DNA of 64,000 nt from Anolis carolinensis (lineage: Eukaryota). Both the position numbers and the translations under genes were made by a program. Shown piece after piece: positions 50,722-63,915 of this stretch; the first letter of the stretch is position 1; every line of letters begins with the position of its first letter. The notes under the pieces are model-generated. The model ran no database searches. It was given only the letters and a program-made list of their open reading frames with translations, and had not been told where the DNA came from. The stretch spans positions 239,340,689-239,404,688 of the forward strand of contig NC_085841.1 in assembly GCF_035594765.1 (NCBI RefSeq), read 5' to 3'.

Positions 50722-50918
50722 TTAATTATGATTGCAGTTTGACACCACTTTACATGCCATGACTCAGTGCTATGGAATCATGGAGGTTATAGTTTTACAA
50801 GGTCTTTAGCCTTATGCATAAGAATGCCTCACCAAATTACAATTTCCATGATTTCATAGCACTGACCATGGTAGCTAAAGTGGTGTCAAAGTACCTTATT
50901 CTAAAGTGTAGATGCACC
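50722..50918. mobile_element. Palindromic MITE (same family as 26713-26940)
   Basis: tttgacaccacttta..ccatgactcagtgctatggaatcatgga / ccatgatttcatagcactgaccatgg..taaagtggtgtcaaa. Confidence 0.7.
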
Positions 50919-53900
50919 CATACGACTTCATCAGATAGGCAAAATTGCCTGTCTTAAGATACTTTTGCCTGTCTGTAGGCACGGAGCCCACCAGATTCCA
51001 TCATATGACATCAATCTACTTCCGATGGGGCTCTGTGCCTGAAAAGAGGTATAAGCATCACAGGTGGCAGCGTCGGCAACACTGGAGGCTTCCCGTGTTG
51101 CATAGACAACAACAGGGAAGAAAGGCAGCGCCACTTCCCCCGTGGGATGAGGTGAGGGGCAAAGCTGGATGCAGGGATTGCCCCGCTGCCCCGTGGATTC
51201 ACCACAGAGGTTGGCGAATCATCCTGCTGCACCTCATAAATGTGATGTGGTTCTTTGTCTATTAAAAGCTTATGTTACGAACTCTCCATTAGGACCTCAT
51301 CATATGAAATCACCCAATGTGGGTGACAGCGGGAGGATTTCTCAGGCAGTGTGGTGACTCCGGCAGGCAGTGAGGGAATCTGTCACCCGCCTTCTCCATC
51401 CCACGGGGGAAAGCATTGCTGCCCGGCTTCACCCTGCGCTCGACCCGTTGCTGACAATGGGAACACAGGAAGCCTCCTGTGTTATCGTTGCTCCATAGTA
51501 TGACACTTTCACCACTGTTCAGAATGGAACCCCACCGAAAGAAGCTCTACATCATTTGATGGGATCTGGCTGGCTCTGTCCCCAAACTGTGGTGAAAGTG
51601 TCTTAATGGCAGGTAAATTTGCCCATGTGATGAAGTCCTTAGTCTCTAAGGTGCTACAAGACCCCATTGCATACTGATATTCCAGACTAATATGGAAATG
51701 TCTGTGAATTCTACACGCGCACATATAACTACCTCCTGTCTGTCATCTTATTCATTTTATCCTTACAGCAAATTTCCCGCCCCTCCAGCAGTCACAAAAT
51801 ATATGCTAATTCATCAAACTTCATCCTGTCACTCAGACTTCATACCCTCTTAGAAACACACTCTCCACATCACATCCACTTCTCTCCTGCTAATCTGTAA
51901 TAATAAATTAATGTTAAATGTCTTCAAATATAAAATTGGGCATTTCTCAGTTTAAATATTTAAATCAATTTATGCAAATCAAGCAAGTTGCAGCCTTAAA
52001 TCACAAACTACAAGAGTCTGGTGACTGGTCAGCTGGGAGAAAATATTTATCAGTGCGCATGCGTTGCTACAGGCCCAAACACACATGCAACTCCAAATGT
52101 GCAGAGACACCAAAGGGACTAGCACCTTGAAGCTCATAATTTTGATGGTGGATTGAAAAGAGGTATCACTTTTTCGAACTGCATGCAATTTCCTGAAAAC
52201 TGGGAGACTCTGAGGCTCGCAGGAAAGTAAGATTCAAGTTCAATATTGGTTTAACATGATTTCCATCTGTGAGGCTTTAGTTCTCAAGCGGCAGTGGGAA
52301 GACCCTCTCTATCACAAGCTGGGCAAGCATCTGTGACGGGTGCCGCAGGGGAGAAGCGAGACGGTGTCTTCCATCTTAGCAGCTTTAAATTCAGGTCACT
52401 TTCACACTGTTCCTAAAATCTGAGAAAGTGAATTCTCCATCATCAGCCCAAGACACAGGAAATGAGGGGCCACCGGAGCCATACCACTCCATCCTCTGGC
52501 CTCCTGCAAGTAACTCAGAGCTCTTGGCACCCCTGTGTCAGTCTCGCAAGAGAGGCACCTGCTCCATCAGCCCGTTATTTCATTCGCGCTTGTCCCTTCC
52601 CATTAGTGCAGCTGTCTGCCACCAGAGAAGGGGAAATTGATGCTAAACGGGATATCAATTTATCATGGAGTCTGTCACCCGCCACGCAGCTCTGCCAGGA
52701 GAGCAACGGGACACCGCTGCGCCAGCCAAGCAGCACCTGTAATTAACAGCCTGCCAGCGTTGCCCCCTTCTGCTGTGCTACAGTAGCAGAGCCCTCCAGG
52801 TAAGGCGCTGGGAAATCCCAGCTAGATGGACGCTCACTCAGATGGTTCAGCCAGTAATTGATGGTTACCGGATACGTCAGGAGCAGAGTTTGCTCAGAAG
52901 CCTGAAAATAAGGATAATAACGGTGTGAAAAGTATAGATCAAGGAGGTAAGATTTGAGTGAGCTGCCTCTTCTTTTTCTCCACAATGGGGTGTTGTTTGT
53001 GTTTACCTTCCCATGAATTTGCACTATTATCTTTCCCAGGGTGGGGAATATCAAATTCTGGAGATGTATCTGCCCTTCTGAGGTTCCTCTGATGGCACAC
53101 CTTCTTTGTCAGATATAGATTCCCTTGCTTTAACATCAGGGAGACAGGCTGATTTTTTTTTTTTTGCCTAAGGTGTAGATACGTCAAGTAAAAGCTTTGG
53201 GCAAAAATGTTGGTATTTTTGATCCCACCCTTCTGCCTTTAGCTTCCCCTGCCACTGGTATGCAGATCAAAAGAATATGCCTGAAATTGATTTCAGTCCT
53301 TGAAATCAAGGTTCCCCATTCTTCAGCTGATGATATCTAGTACTCAGCTCACTCCTAGGACATCTGCTACTTAGCTTCTACCTCCCCAACCAAACCCCAA
53401 CCTACAGGTGCCAGGTAGACCCCTACTTCATGCACACCTGATATTATGCAGTTGATTTGCCAGTATATTACCAAGTATGTAATAATGTATGTGATCAGCA
53501 TAAGCAAGACGTGATTTGCAAGAGTAGACCTGCAGGATCAAAGCAGAGCTCTGAGCAAGAACTCTGTTCCTCTGCCAGTTTCATAAAGATAAAATTTGCA
53601 AGCAGCCCGCTGTAGATTGCTTAATATTAAAAGTTACAAACTGAGCAATGCAACTACAAAAAAGGAACAGAAACACCAACACTTAGCCCTCTGTTTCAGT
53701 CTTAAAATATGCCCATATGGAGCCTTCTAACAATATTATTTAGTATTATGAATTAATAGAAATATAAAGATGCTGGAAGTCTGTTTTCTTCACACTTTCT
53801 TCCCATTTTGGTACGTAAATACCAGCTGGGCAAGGTTTGCAGAACAGAAGCATGGCAGGGAAGCATCTCCCAGTTTTGGTTGCTTGGCTGATTGCTCCCT

Positions 53901-55952
53901 GGACTCATTCCTTCAATCAAGTTCAGCTTTCTGATCTCTCACATTTGTCCCTGTGTCTCCAGTTCTAGTTTTGTATTTTATAGCTGGTCCACAGACTTCA
54001 TTACCTGAGAAGAGTCCACAGTTAACAAATTGGTTGCCTTTGAGAAGTTTGTGGGGAAAATGGGGGAGCCTAAGATTCAGAGCCCTGGCTAATTGCTCTT
54101 TACAACCAGCAATGCCTTCAGAGGAAAGTTTATTTCATTACAGCAGCTCCCTGAGGCTGCCAGATTGGAATTTTAGAAAAGAAGCTGTGAAATTATTTAC
54201 TTCAGTAAATGGTATAAACACAGAATGCTCTGAAATAAGGGGCAGTCAGGCACTGAGTTTTCTCAAGTGGCCCTCATAACAAGAGGCTTCCTTTTAAAAG
54301 AAGACTTGGCCAGCAATAGCAAACTATCAGGTAGACCCCATGGGATGAGGGCAGCCCCTCAGATGCCTGGTATGTTGGCTAAAGGATAAGAAAGGGTTTG
54401 GAGAGGGAAGGATTCCCCTCTCCTCTGTCCAGGCCTGGCTCATCTCTCTCCCTAGCCGCTGGCCTGCTCCATGCACTTTTCTCAGCACAGCAAGGCTGTA
54501 ATTCATAGGACTGACACCAACCTGTGAGTAACGAGCCGGGAGCCCGAGTCACGGGTGTGAGTTACGGCCGCTGCCTGCGTATAGGGGGACATCAATCGTG
54601 GGTGATGCACGGATAGAAATGTAACCATAAACGCTGCAGGGAAGGAGCTGCAGGGCAGGAAATAAATCGTGGGCAGCTAGGAGCGGAGTGAAATGAGGGA
54701 CTCCCTCCACAATGGGCTCTTCTCCATTCCAGTGATCCAGCAATGGGTGTGTGGTGGGGAAGGAGCAGGAGAGATGGTCCCTTTTGAGAGAAAGTTCCAT
54801 ATTTTAGGACATTTCAATAACAGAGCAGAGCAATCAATCACAAGCCTTGAAGCTCCATAGAGTCTGCTGCTTTCATAGCCCCATATAATGATCTCTTCAA
54901 AACTTTGTAAACTATGCACACTGAACACAATTCCTTCCAAAGCCTCAGGGCCCCATGGAACAATTCCCAACCCAAGCAAAGGTTGAAAAGGTCAAACAGA
55001 CAATCCAATTTAACCCATGTATCACAAGGCAGGCGATGGGGGTATAGCCAAGATTAACAAATGGGGAATGAGGGTATCACTATGTGTCTGATTCAGGGAA
55101 AAGTAAACGTCTACTGCTGAAGAAGTGAAAGGTGAAATACGCAAGAAGTGATATGTTGATTATTAGGAAAGAAGACAGGAGGCAAATCATACTGTTTCAA
55201 TTAGACATAGAATTAGCCTTCAGTATGTTTGGGTTTATTTCCTGGGATGGGATTGCACAACTGAAGGGAGACTGACAGATTTAATTATGGCAGTGAGAAG
55301 GGATTTAACAAAATGGGGAGATGTATTAGGAAAGTGAGGAAATTAGGAGACACATGCAGGCTTGTAGGATCTGTATCCTGCAGTTTGGGATGGGGGTGGG
55401 AGGAATAAGGCAGTTTGCTGCCATACATTCTATGACAGCGTTCTGGTTATTTTGTTTTGATTCCTCACCTCGCTTCCTTGACTTTGTGTAGAATGAAATA
55501 AGAATGGTTAATGGTTATTTGAAAGGAAAATTAAATACAGCGGTGCTTATCTAGTGTGGCCTGCCCAAATTCAATTCCCTCACTGTTATTCTCAAGGTTA
55601 TAAGATTTCTCTGCAACAGACAAGCTACTTGTATACTTGAGGGCACAGGGTGACAGAAAGAAATTCCTCAAGTGGTGACAGCAGCTGCTAATGCCAGCTA
55701 TAGATATCTCTCTTGCTCCCACAGGGTGAGATGTCATCAAACCATGCCGCTCCGCCCTGCAAAGTGCTTTCCATAGAAATGATTATCCACCTATTCAATG
55801 GTACCTCTCCTCTTCCTTCATGCACCCGCTCACACCCAGGGCCCTTTCACATTACAAGGAACTTCAGCAAGTGAACATAGTGGTCTTTCCTTTTCCCTTA
55901 AGTGCAGACAACAAGACTGTATTCATTCACAGCAGATTCTGGCTTAGCTGAA

Positions 55953-56668
55953 ATAGAATAATAGAATCACAGAGTTGGAAGAGACCTCATGGGCCATCCA
56001 GTCCAACCCTTTGACCAAAAGCAGGAAAATCGCACTCAAAGCACCCCCAACAGATGGCCACCCAGCCTCTGTTTAAAAGCCTCCAAACCTCCACCACACT
56101 CTGGGGCAGTGAGTTTTACTGCCAAACAGCTCTCACAGTGAGGAAGTTCTTACTAATGTTCAGGTGGAATCTCCTTTCCTGTAGTTTAAAGCCATTGTTC
56201 CGCGTCCTAGTCTCCAGGGTAGCAGAAAACAAGCTTGTTCTCTTCTCCCTATGACTTCCCCTCACATACTTATACATGGCCATCATGTCTCCTCTTAGCC
56301 TTCTCTTCTGAGGGTTAAACATGCCCAGCTCTTTAAGCCACTCCTCATATGGCTTATTCTACAGATCCTTGATCATTTTAATCATCATCCTCTGGACACA
56401 TTCCAGCTTGTCAACATCTCCCTTAAATTGCGGTGCCCAGAATTGGACACAGTGATTCCAGGTGTGGTCTGATCAAGGCAGAATAGATGGGTAGCATGAC
56501 TTCCCTGGATCTAGACACTATATTCCTATTTATTCAGGCCAAAATCCCATTGGCTTTTTTAGCTGCCGCATGACATTGTCGGCTCATATTTAATTTGTTG
56601 GCCACGAGGACTCCAATATTTTTTTTCACACATACTGCTAATCGAGCCAGGCATCCCCCATTCTGTAT
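55953..56668 (-). mobile_element. CR1 LINE 3' fragment
   Basis: Reverse-complement match to 35040-35690; ORF 56116-56322 [30 protein letters not shown]. Confidence 0.92.
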
Positions 56669-56857
56669 GGCTCAATAACAGTGTGTGTGAAAAAGATCTG
56701 GCTGCACCCATAGTATCCTGGGATGCTTGAAGATTAGAGAGAGAAGAAAAATCCTTTTTTGAGAGTCCTAAATGTCTCTTTGCAGACTGCCAGTTCCACT
56801 GTTTCACAAAATTGAACCATGGTAGTTAAAGTGAAGTCACAGTGCTATAACTGTGTA

Positions 56858-57200
56858 CAGTGCTCCCTCACTTATCAGGGGGGTTAGGTTCCAGGACCAC
56901 CCGCAATAAGTGAAAATCCGCGAAGTAGGGACACTATATTTATTTTAATATTTATACATTATTTTAGTAGTTATACACTATTTTAAGTCTTTATCAACCA
57001 ATCGTGTGTTGATAAATTGCCTCCTTCTCCTCCCGTTGCTGCTTGGGCTTCTTTTCTCTCCCTTCGGCTTCTCCTTTCCCTCTTCCTTAGGCTGTAAATT
57101 GTAATTTTTAATGATTTATAATAGTCTTTTAGAGTTTATTGAAAAACTGCAAAACAGCGAATCCACAAAAAGTGAACCGCAAAGTAGTGAGGGAACACTG
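56858..57200. mobile_element. Tc1/mariner (Tigger-type) MITE
   Basis: TIR CAGTGCTCCCTCACT / AGTGAGGGAACACTG flanked by TA on both sides. Confidence 0.88.
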
Positions 57201-57390
57201 TAGTGTGAAAGGAGTCCTCGTGTCTGCACTGCATGGAAAAGGCAAGAGTTCTTTATCTGGTGGTCGAGGTTCTGCATTCTGTATTCTGTCTCCAAAGAAC
57301 TTCTCCAATTTAGAAAGACCTAGCCTGGCTTTAAAGAGTTGAAAGATTTGTAGCTTTCAGTCAGCCTCAAAGCTAGGACATTCGTGGTCA

Positions 57391-57776
57391 CTTACTTACT
57401 TAGGCGATCCCTCGTAGTTCGAGGATGATGGTCCTCCATTTCTTGGAAGACGCCTGTGCGTGATTTTTTTTAATGTGTGGAGGTAGGTGCACGGCCGTTC
57501 AATACACAGTCTTCACAGATTGAGGTCCCAGCAGTGGTGTGATTAACACAACGAGAGTGGCTTCTCAGGCTGTTGCAGCCTTCTTCCGCCTTCATAGCCA
57601 TTGTAATATGTACCATGTTATCCTCCGCCTGCTCCGCCGTTGAGGTCTTTGGGTCTTCGGATTGTTCTTGGTCTGTAGCCACTCCTGGGAGTGTGTGACT
57701 CCCGTGGTTGTGCCCGCAGGTTCATTGGAACACGCAAGCCCCCTCACCACGTCAAGGTGACAATCCATCGAGGGGG
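57391..57776 (-). mobile_element. Short non-autonomous RTE-derived retroelement (5' end joined to 3' end)
   Basis: RTE-type 5' head GTCACCTTGACGTGGTGAGGGGGCTTGCGTG, 3' tail GAGGGATCGCC(TAAG)n, 11-bp TSD ATTCGTGGTCA / ATTCATGGTCA at 57380-57390 and 57777-57787. Confidence 0.8.
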
Positions 57777-58319
57777 ATTCATGGTCAACCTAGGTCTCTT
57801 ACTGTTTGTCACAAGCTGTCTTCCATTCAGTGAAAAATTGGAATATTTCATACAGTCTTTAGGCCTCCTCATTCACAAGTTAAACATCTGCAACTAGAGC
57901 ACGTTTTTAGTCTGAACTAAACAAAGGTCAGAGCGAACAGATATCTCAATCAAAAACAAACTAACACTCTGCAGGCATTGAGAACAGCAAGGATTCATGC
58001 GAACAAAGTCCTGTTGTGTCAGTTGACCATTGTGCCTCAGGGAAGGCAGGCTTGTGAAGGAGAGTCCGTTAGATGCCTTGGCTGCTCCTGTCTGGCTGGG
58101 GTTGTCTCAGCAGCAGTACTCTGGACAGAAAAGCAACAACACAAGTGCACCAAAGACATCCTTACACATCCTATCAATATATTTTCCTGGAAGATAGCCC
58201 TGCAGGATGCAAGATAGCTAACCAGCAGAAGGGTTTGTTTTACCAATAATTTTCACACCTTCCCTCCCCATCTCTCCTTAAGAACCTGCTGTTGAAATCC
58301 TTCATATCCTCCAACCATT

Positions 58320-58802
58320 CCAGTTTAGATAAAATAGTGAAGACGAGGACACTGGCAATGAAGGTCCGCACAGTTAAAGCAATGGTATTCCCTGTAGTAA
58401 CTTATGGATGTGAGAGGTGGAACATAAGGAGGGCTGAGCGAAGGAAGAGAGACGCTTTTGAACTCTGGTGCTGGAGGAAAATTCTGAGAGTTCCTTGGAC
58501 TGCAAGGAGATCCAACCAGTCCATGCTCCAGGAAATAATGCCCGGCTGCTCTCTGGAGGGAAGGATATTAGTGGCGAATATGGAGTACTTTGACCGCATA
58601 ATGAGATGACAGGAAAGCTTAAAGAATATAAAGACGCTGGGGAAAATAGAAGGAAAAAAGAAGAGGGGTTGACCAAAGGCAAGATGGATGGATGGTATCC
58701 TTGAAGGGATTGGCTTGACCTTGAAGGAGATGGGGGTGGCAATGGCCAACAGGGAACTCTGGCATGAAGAGTTGGAAGCGACTGAACAAATAAACAACAA
58801 AA
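58320..58802 (+). mobile_element. RTE/Bov-B LINE 3' fragment
   Basis: KVRTVKAMVFPVVTYGCERWNIRRAERRKRDAFELWCWRKILRVPWTARRSNQS is the Bov-B-type ORF C-terminus; tail gcgactgaac..aacaacaa. Confidence 0.92.
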
Positions 58803-59302
58803 AGGCCCCAATTAATCCTTTCATCCCACTTTTTCAGCTGCTTTGAAAATATCCAGATTTCTTCTCCCATTTTCTGCCTTTGCTTTCAGCTAACTTAGGT
58901 TAGTTCAAAATGCAAACATAGTTTTCACTCAAAGTAACTCAATAGTGGGAAAGGAGATGAGAGGCCAGAACTCTGCCCTTCCTTGATAAATCCAAGCAAA
59001 AGCAAACTGCTGAAGTTTCTTATAGCTGCTTCCCAATAAATAATGTTTGCCATCTTGAGCACACCAAAATATTCCTTGGTCACCCATGACCCAGTTTTCA
59101 TCTCTGAAAGGTTGGATAGGATGTTCCTTTCATACTTTTCTCCCCAACATCCTCTACTACTATGTGGGAGAATTTTAGGGGAATATTTGAGCATGCAGTC
59201 TCCTCCTTGCTTTCTTCACAGAAACATGGTGTGCATGCTTGCCCCTGGAATTTACTCCAAGTCCTCATTTCTTGTGGGGCCTTTTATTGCACCAGAGAAA
59301 CC

Positions 59303-60155
59303 ACAGAATCATAGAGCCAGATGAGACCCCAAGAGCCATCCAGCCCAACTCCCTGCTATGCAGGAACACACAATCAAAACACCCCTGTCAGATGGCCACC
59401 CAGTCTGTGCTTAAAAACCTCCACCAGGCTCCAAGACTGCATATTCCACATTAAGACCTGCTAAACTGGTCTTACTGTCAAGAAGTTCTTCCTAATATTT
59501 AAGTGGAATCTCTTTGCCTATACTTTTACATCCATTGCTCCATGGTCTCCCAAGCAAGTCTCCAGAGCAGCATAAAACAAGTTTGCTTCCCCTCTCAATG
59601 TAAGATCCTTTCAAATGTTTAAACATATCTATCACTTCCCCTCTCAGCCTTCTTTTGGCCAAGTAAACATGCCCAGCTCCCCCAGCTTCTCCTCATATGG
59701 CTTGACTTCCAAACCTTTGATCATTTTGATTGCTCTTCTCTGGACACATTCCAGCTTGTCAATATCTTTCTTGAATTGTAGTGCTCAGAAATGGACAGAG
59801 TATTCCAGGTGAGGTCTGACCAAAGCAGTGTAGAGTGGGACCATGATTTCCTTCGATCTTGACACTATACTTCTATTGATGCAGCCTAGAATCATATTGA
59901 CTTTTTAGCAGCCACAGCACACAGCTGACTCATGTCCAAATTGTGGTCCACTAAGACTCCTAGATCCCTTTCACATGTACTGTTTTCAAGCCATGTGTCC
60001 CCCAATCTAAGTCTGTGCATTCCATTTTTATTGCCAAAATGTAGTACTGTACATTTCTCCCTGCTGAAATTCATTTTGTTAGTTTTGGCCCAGCTCTCTA
60101 ATCTGATCCTGGATCCTGATCCTGTCCTCTGGGGTATTAGCTATCCTTCCCAATT
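59303..60155 (-). mobile_element. CR1 LINE 3' fragment
   Basis: MNFSREKCTVLHFGNKNGMHRLRLGDTWLENSTCERDLGVLVDHNLDMSQLCAVAAKK plus CR1 3' UTR. Confidence 0.92.
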
Positions 60156-60766
60156 TACCTTAACTATTTTTCTAGGTGTTTCAGCTTTTTTAGTTTTGGA
60201 CTACTAAAGTTCTTTGCACTGTTATTTTCTGATTCTGTTTTCTAGTCCAATGTTTTTTTCAGCTATTTAAGATGCTATATTTATATCTTGTTATATTTCA
60301 GTGTTTTTTGTTTATAAACTGCCCACGTAACATTTTCTTGATGAACAGTATCAAAAATGTTAAATACATCCATACATACCCTTTTTTTTGGTGAATACTT
60401 GCCTAGCTTGAACTCCCAACTTCTGATTTCTGTTCCCTCTCCTCCTAATCAAAACACTGAATGATGAATAACTGTGCCTATTTATATATCTAGTGAATCC
60501 AGTGACAAACCTTTGTCTGGTCTGTTCCTCTTCGAGTACTAAAAATAAAAATCTCTATCTATATGAAATGACCACAACACTACTTTGTTTTAGCCCAAAG
60601 CATTCATACATGTTTACATCTGCACCCTAAAGAGACTTTACTGGTTAAATTTCCTCATTGCGTAGACAGACCACACTCTTCCTGAGTGGGATTTGGTTCT
60701 CACCATCTCCTCATACATCAGTATTCCTTTTGCTTCTTCAACTTCATTTGTGTTATAGGCTTAGAG

Positions 60767-60901
60767 CAGTGGTTCTCAACCTGGGGTCCCCAGATGTTTT
60801 TGACCTTCAACTCCCAGAAATCCGAGCCAGTTTACCAGCTGTTAGGATTTTTAGGAGTTGAAGGCCAAAAATATCTGGGGACCCCAGGTTGAGAACCACT
60901 G
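60767..60901. mobile_element. Palindromic hAT MITE
   Basis: CAGTGGTTCTCAACCTGGGGTCCCCAGAT / ATCTGGGGACCCCAGGTTGAGAACCACTG. Confidence 0.88.
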
Positions 60902-61880
60902 GTCTAGAAGCAACTCTTGTTATGCTGGAGTACAGTATAAGGTATTGTGAGCCATCATTATAATTTCACCTGTAGGAATGACGTTCTTTCCTGACCCTCT
61001 CTGCTGATACATTTTTGAGAAATCTCAATCAGTTACTTGTCCACGATGGCCAACAGTCAGCCATTTGTTCCCGATACGAAGGAAAATTTTCCTCAGCGCC
61101 CTGGTCTAGCGACTCAGCTGGCTGTCATTCTGTATCTCCACCAGTGTGCCCCCCTCCTGCCCAGCAGCGATTGAGTATGGTGGCCTCATCTGCTCTGGTT
61201 GCCTGCGTGGCTTCAGGGGCTCTCTAAACCGAGACGCTCAGATTTTACCCCTTGCTGCTTTTGAACAGAGCTGAGTTAGGACAATCACTCCCCTTGGGCA
61301 CAAGTGTTGCTGGATGGGTAAGGGTCATTAGGCTGCAAGCAGGCAACTTAGCAAACTCCAGCCAGTCCGTGCATCTCAAAGGCACACACGAGACTCATGC
61401 CAGGAGAGCAGGACACAGAAGCATTTCATCCTATCAGCTTCATCACTTTTAAAGACACCCCTACCCCTGTTCTTTTAGCACAAAACCTGCAGTCAAGCAG
61501 GTCTCTTTCTCTTGGAGCAGATTTTCTTTAGCTGCCTTGATTCTGAATTTCTCTGGGATGTGCTATAATTCTGAAATGCTTTATTGGTATACATCAGTAT
61601 GAGGTCATTTCTAAAGGCAGTATATACATTTTTTGGGATGAAAGAGATAGACAGAGACAGAAGCATCCAGAGATCATTTCTTCAGAGGGTCCATGGCATG
61701 TCCCAAGAGAGACTACGGCACAACCTCTGTGAGTCAAGAGCCATGGGCTACTTCACAATTTGTGTGGGTGGTAGTTGTGTTTGTGTTACTCACAGTAATG
61801 ATTAACTGAGCAGCAGACAAACCACAGCATGTTCCAGACAGCCACAGCCCATACATGTTCTGTGCCACATGCCTTTGTTA

Positions 61881-62001
61881 CAGTAGAGTCTCGCTGATCC
61901 AACATAAACAGGCTGGCGAAACATTGGATAAGCAAAAATATTGGATAATAAGGAGTGATTAAGGAAAAGCCTATTAAACATAAAATTACGTTATGATTTT
62001 A
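61881..62001. mobile_element. Tc1/mariner MITE, one end only
   Basis: TA + cagtagagtctcgctgatccaac..ttggataa repeats. Confidence 0.55.
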
Positions 62002-63011
62002 CAGAATATCACTAGCCCCAGGTTGCTTATCCTCTAAATGCCAAAGATTGGCACAGATTTACTAGGTTGAACTGGCCATTATTTAGCATAGTTAAGGAAT
62101 GTTTGGCTACTGTCTGCAAGCACCAGAGATGAAACAGGCCAGTAACTGCCTGTGTTCTCCCGGTGCGGCTGTATCATTTTTATGTAAATATGACATTTTC
62201 CTGCATGCTCTTGAATGTGCACAAAATAAGAACATTTAATCAAATCGCATCGTGCTTGCCGTGGGCTAAATCCATCCTCTCCCAATCTCCATAGCCATGT
62301 TGCTTTTAAAAGCTTGGCTAACGTGCGCCATCCGCCTCCAACAGCCAGAGAAGCATTTTTCAGGTCTTAACCAAGTGGCAGCGATACTATTCCAGACGAC
62401 AGTGAGCCATAGGTTCTGCAGAACTTTAAGAATGGCTTTTGTTGACTCCAAGAAAAGCCAGGCGTGTTATACACCACCTTCTCGAAACCCCTGTATCTCA
62501 AATCAACAGGTTGGAAGGGCCCCACTAAAGCCTAAAGTTCTAATTAATGCTGATGACATTAGCATTACCCCATGGATACCAAGTATTCAGTCCTAAATTC
62601 AAGATAGGAGGGTTTCCTTGCTTAAGCATGGTAAGGAAAGGGAAATGCTGCAGAACCTTGGGGAAATCACTGAAAATGAAACATTGGATACAAAATTTAG
62701 ATTCATTCGAATCTTTGGTTGTTTTGTTTTTAAAGCATATTTCTAGTGATGCAATGTTCAAACACAGGGACAATATATATAGCAATGTCTGGAGCTGAAA
62801 CAAATGGTTGAATCAGATTCTTACCAGTCAGGAAGAGGGCTGCAACAGTACCTGAATTACACAGCTCTTCTCACCCATTTTGAGAACAAGTATTTAATGC
62901 AGAACAAGGTTGCATTTGCAGAATTCAGCATGTCTTGGTGCAGAATTTAATTTTTAAAAAGCAAGGCAGGGAACAGTCCCAGTTATATCAAATGGGTTCT
63001 CTGCAACTGAG

Positions 63012-63225
63012 TACCGTGGGCCCTGGGTATCCCCTGGAATTTGTTTCCAAGACCCTTCCATGGATACCAAAATGCATGGCTTCTCAAGTCCAGTTACTAC
63101 AATGATGTGGGGGAACTGGTGTCACTTATTTAAAATTGCAAAATCAAAGTTGCTTTTGGGATTAATTTTTTTTCTCCAGCCATGGCTGGTTGAAGCCATC
63201 TATGTAGAATCTATGGACGAATAGT
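63012..63225. mobile_element. Decayed Tigger-like MITE
   Basis: taccgtgggccctgggtatcc..ttccaagaccc..tggataccaaaat..tggttgaagccat..gaatctatgga. Confidence 0.5.
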
Positions 63226-63854
63226 AATGAATAATGCTGGTATATTGTTCTTGATGAGTAAGATGCATATGCAACCTCGAAAAAGAAGGCTAATGCATAT
63301 AAAGATACATATGATCCAAAGCTGTGCCATTCAAATGCCTTCCTGTATAGCAGGATATTCTGTGGTGTCTCCTGCAGCCTCATATCTAGGCTTCTATCAG
63401 TCATATTGAAGGGCAGTGTTTCCACAAACACTCCTTTGAAATGCAGGTTCCTGTCACTCTGCTCCAGGTCTTGTTTAGCATGTGCCTTCTGCCTGTCCCA
63501 GCTACTAATAACTGCCATAAAATCATTGGAAAAAGAGAAGGTTCCTCTGACATCTATCACCACGGACATTCAAGTTACCACAGCAACAAATCAAAGGTGG
63601 GAACAACCAGCATCAACTTTCTTTTATACCTCCAAATTATTTCAAGAGCCATATACACTTCCACAGTGAGATAGGCAATGGTATTGTACATGCTCACCAA
63701 ACATAAACTGAATAATATGAATGGGATTATATTTAAAAAAATAGTAAAGCAAAAAGTAAAATAGCAGTAATTGGAAAATGATTGGGATATTCTCTACTAT
63801 AACATAAATAGTGGGGGAAATTTTTCTATGAATGTTAATTGGGTTTTTTTATCA

Positions 63855-63915
63855 TGTCAAAAGCAACTTGAGAACATAACTGCAAGTCACTTCTGGTGTG
63901 AGAGAATTGGCCATC
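63855..63915 (-). mobile_element. 3' tail fragment of the SINE2/Vingi type
   Basis: tgtcaaaagcaacttgaga..actgcaagtcacttctggtgtgagagaattggcc matches 50266-50320. Confidence 0.65.
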
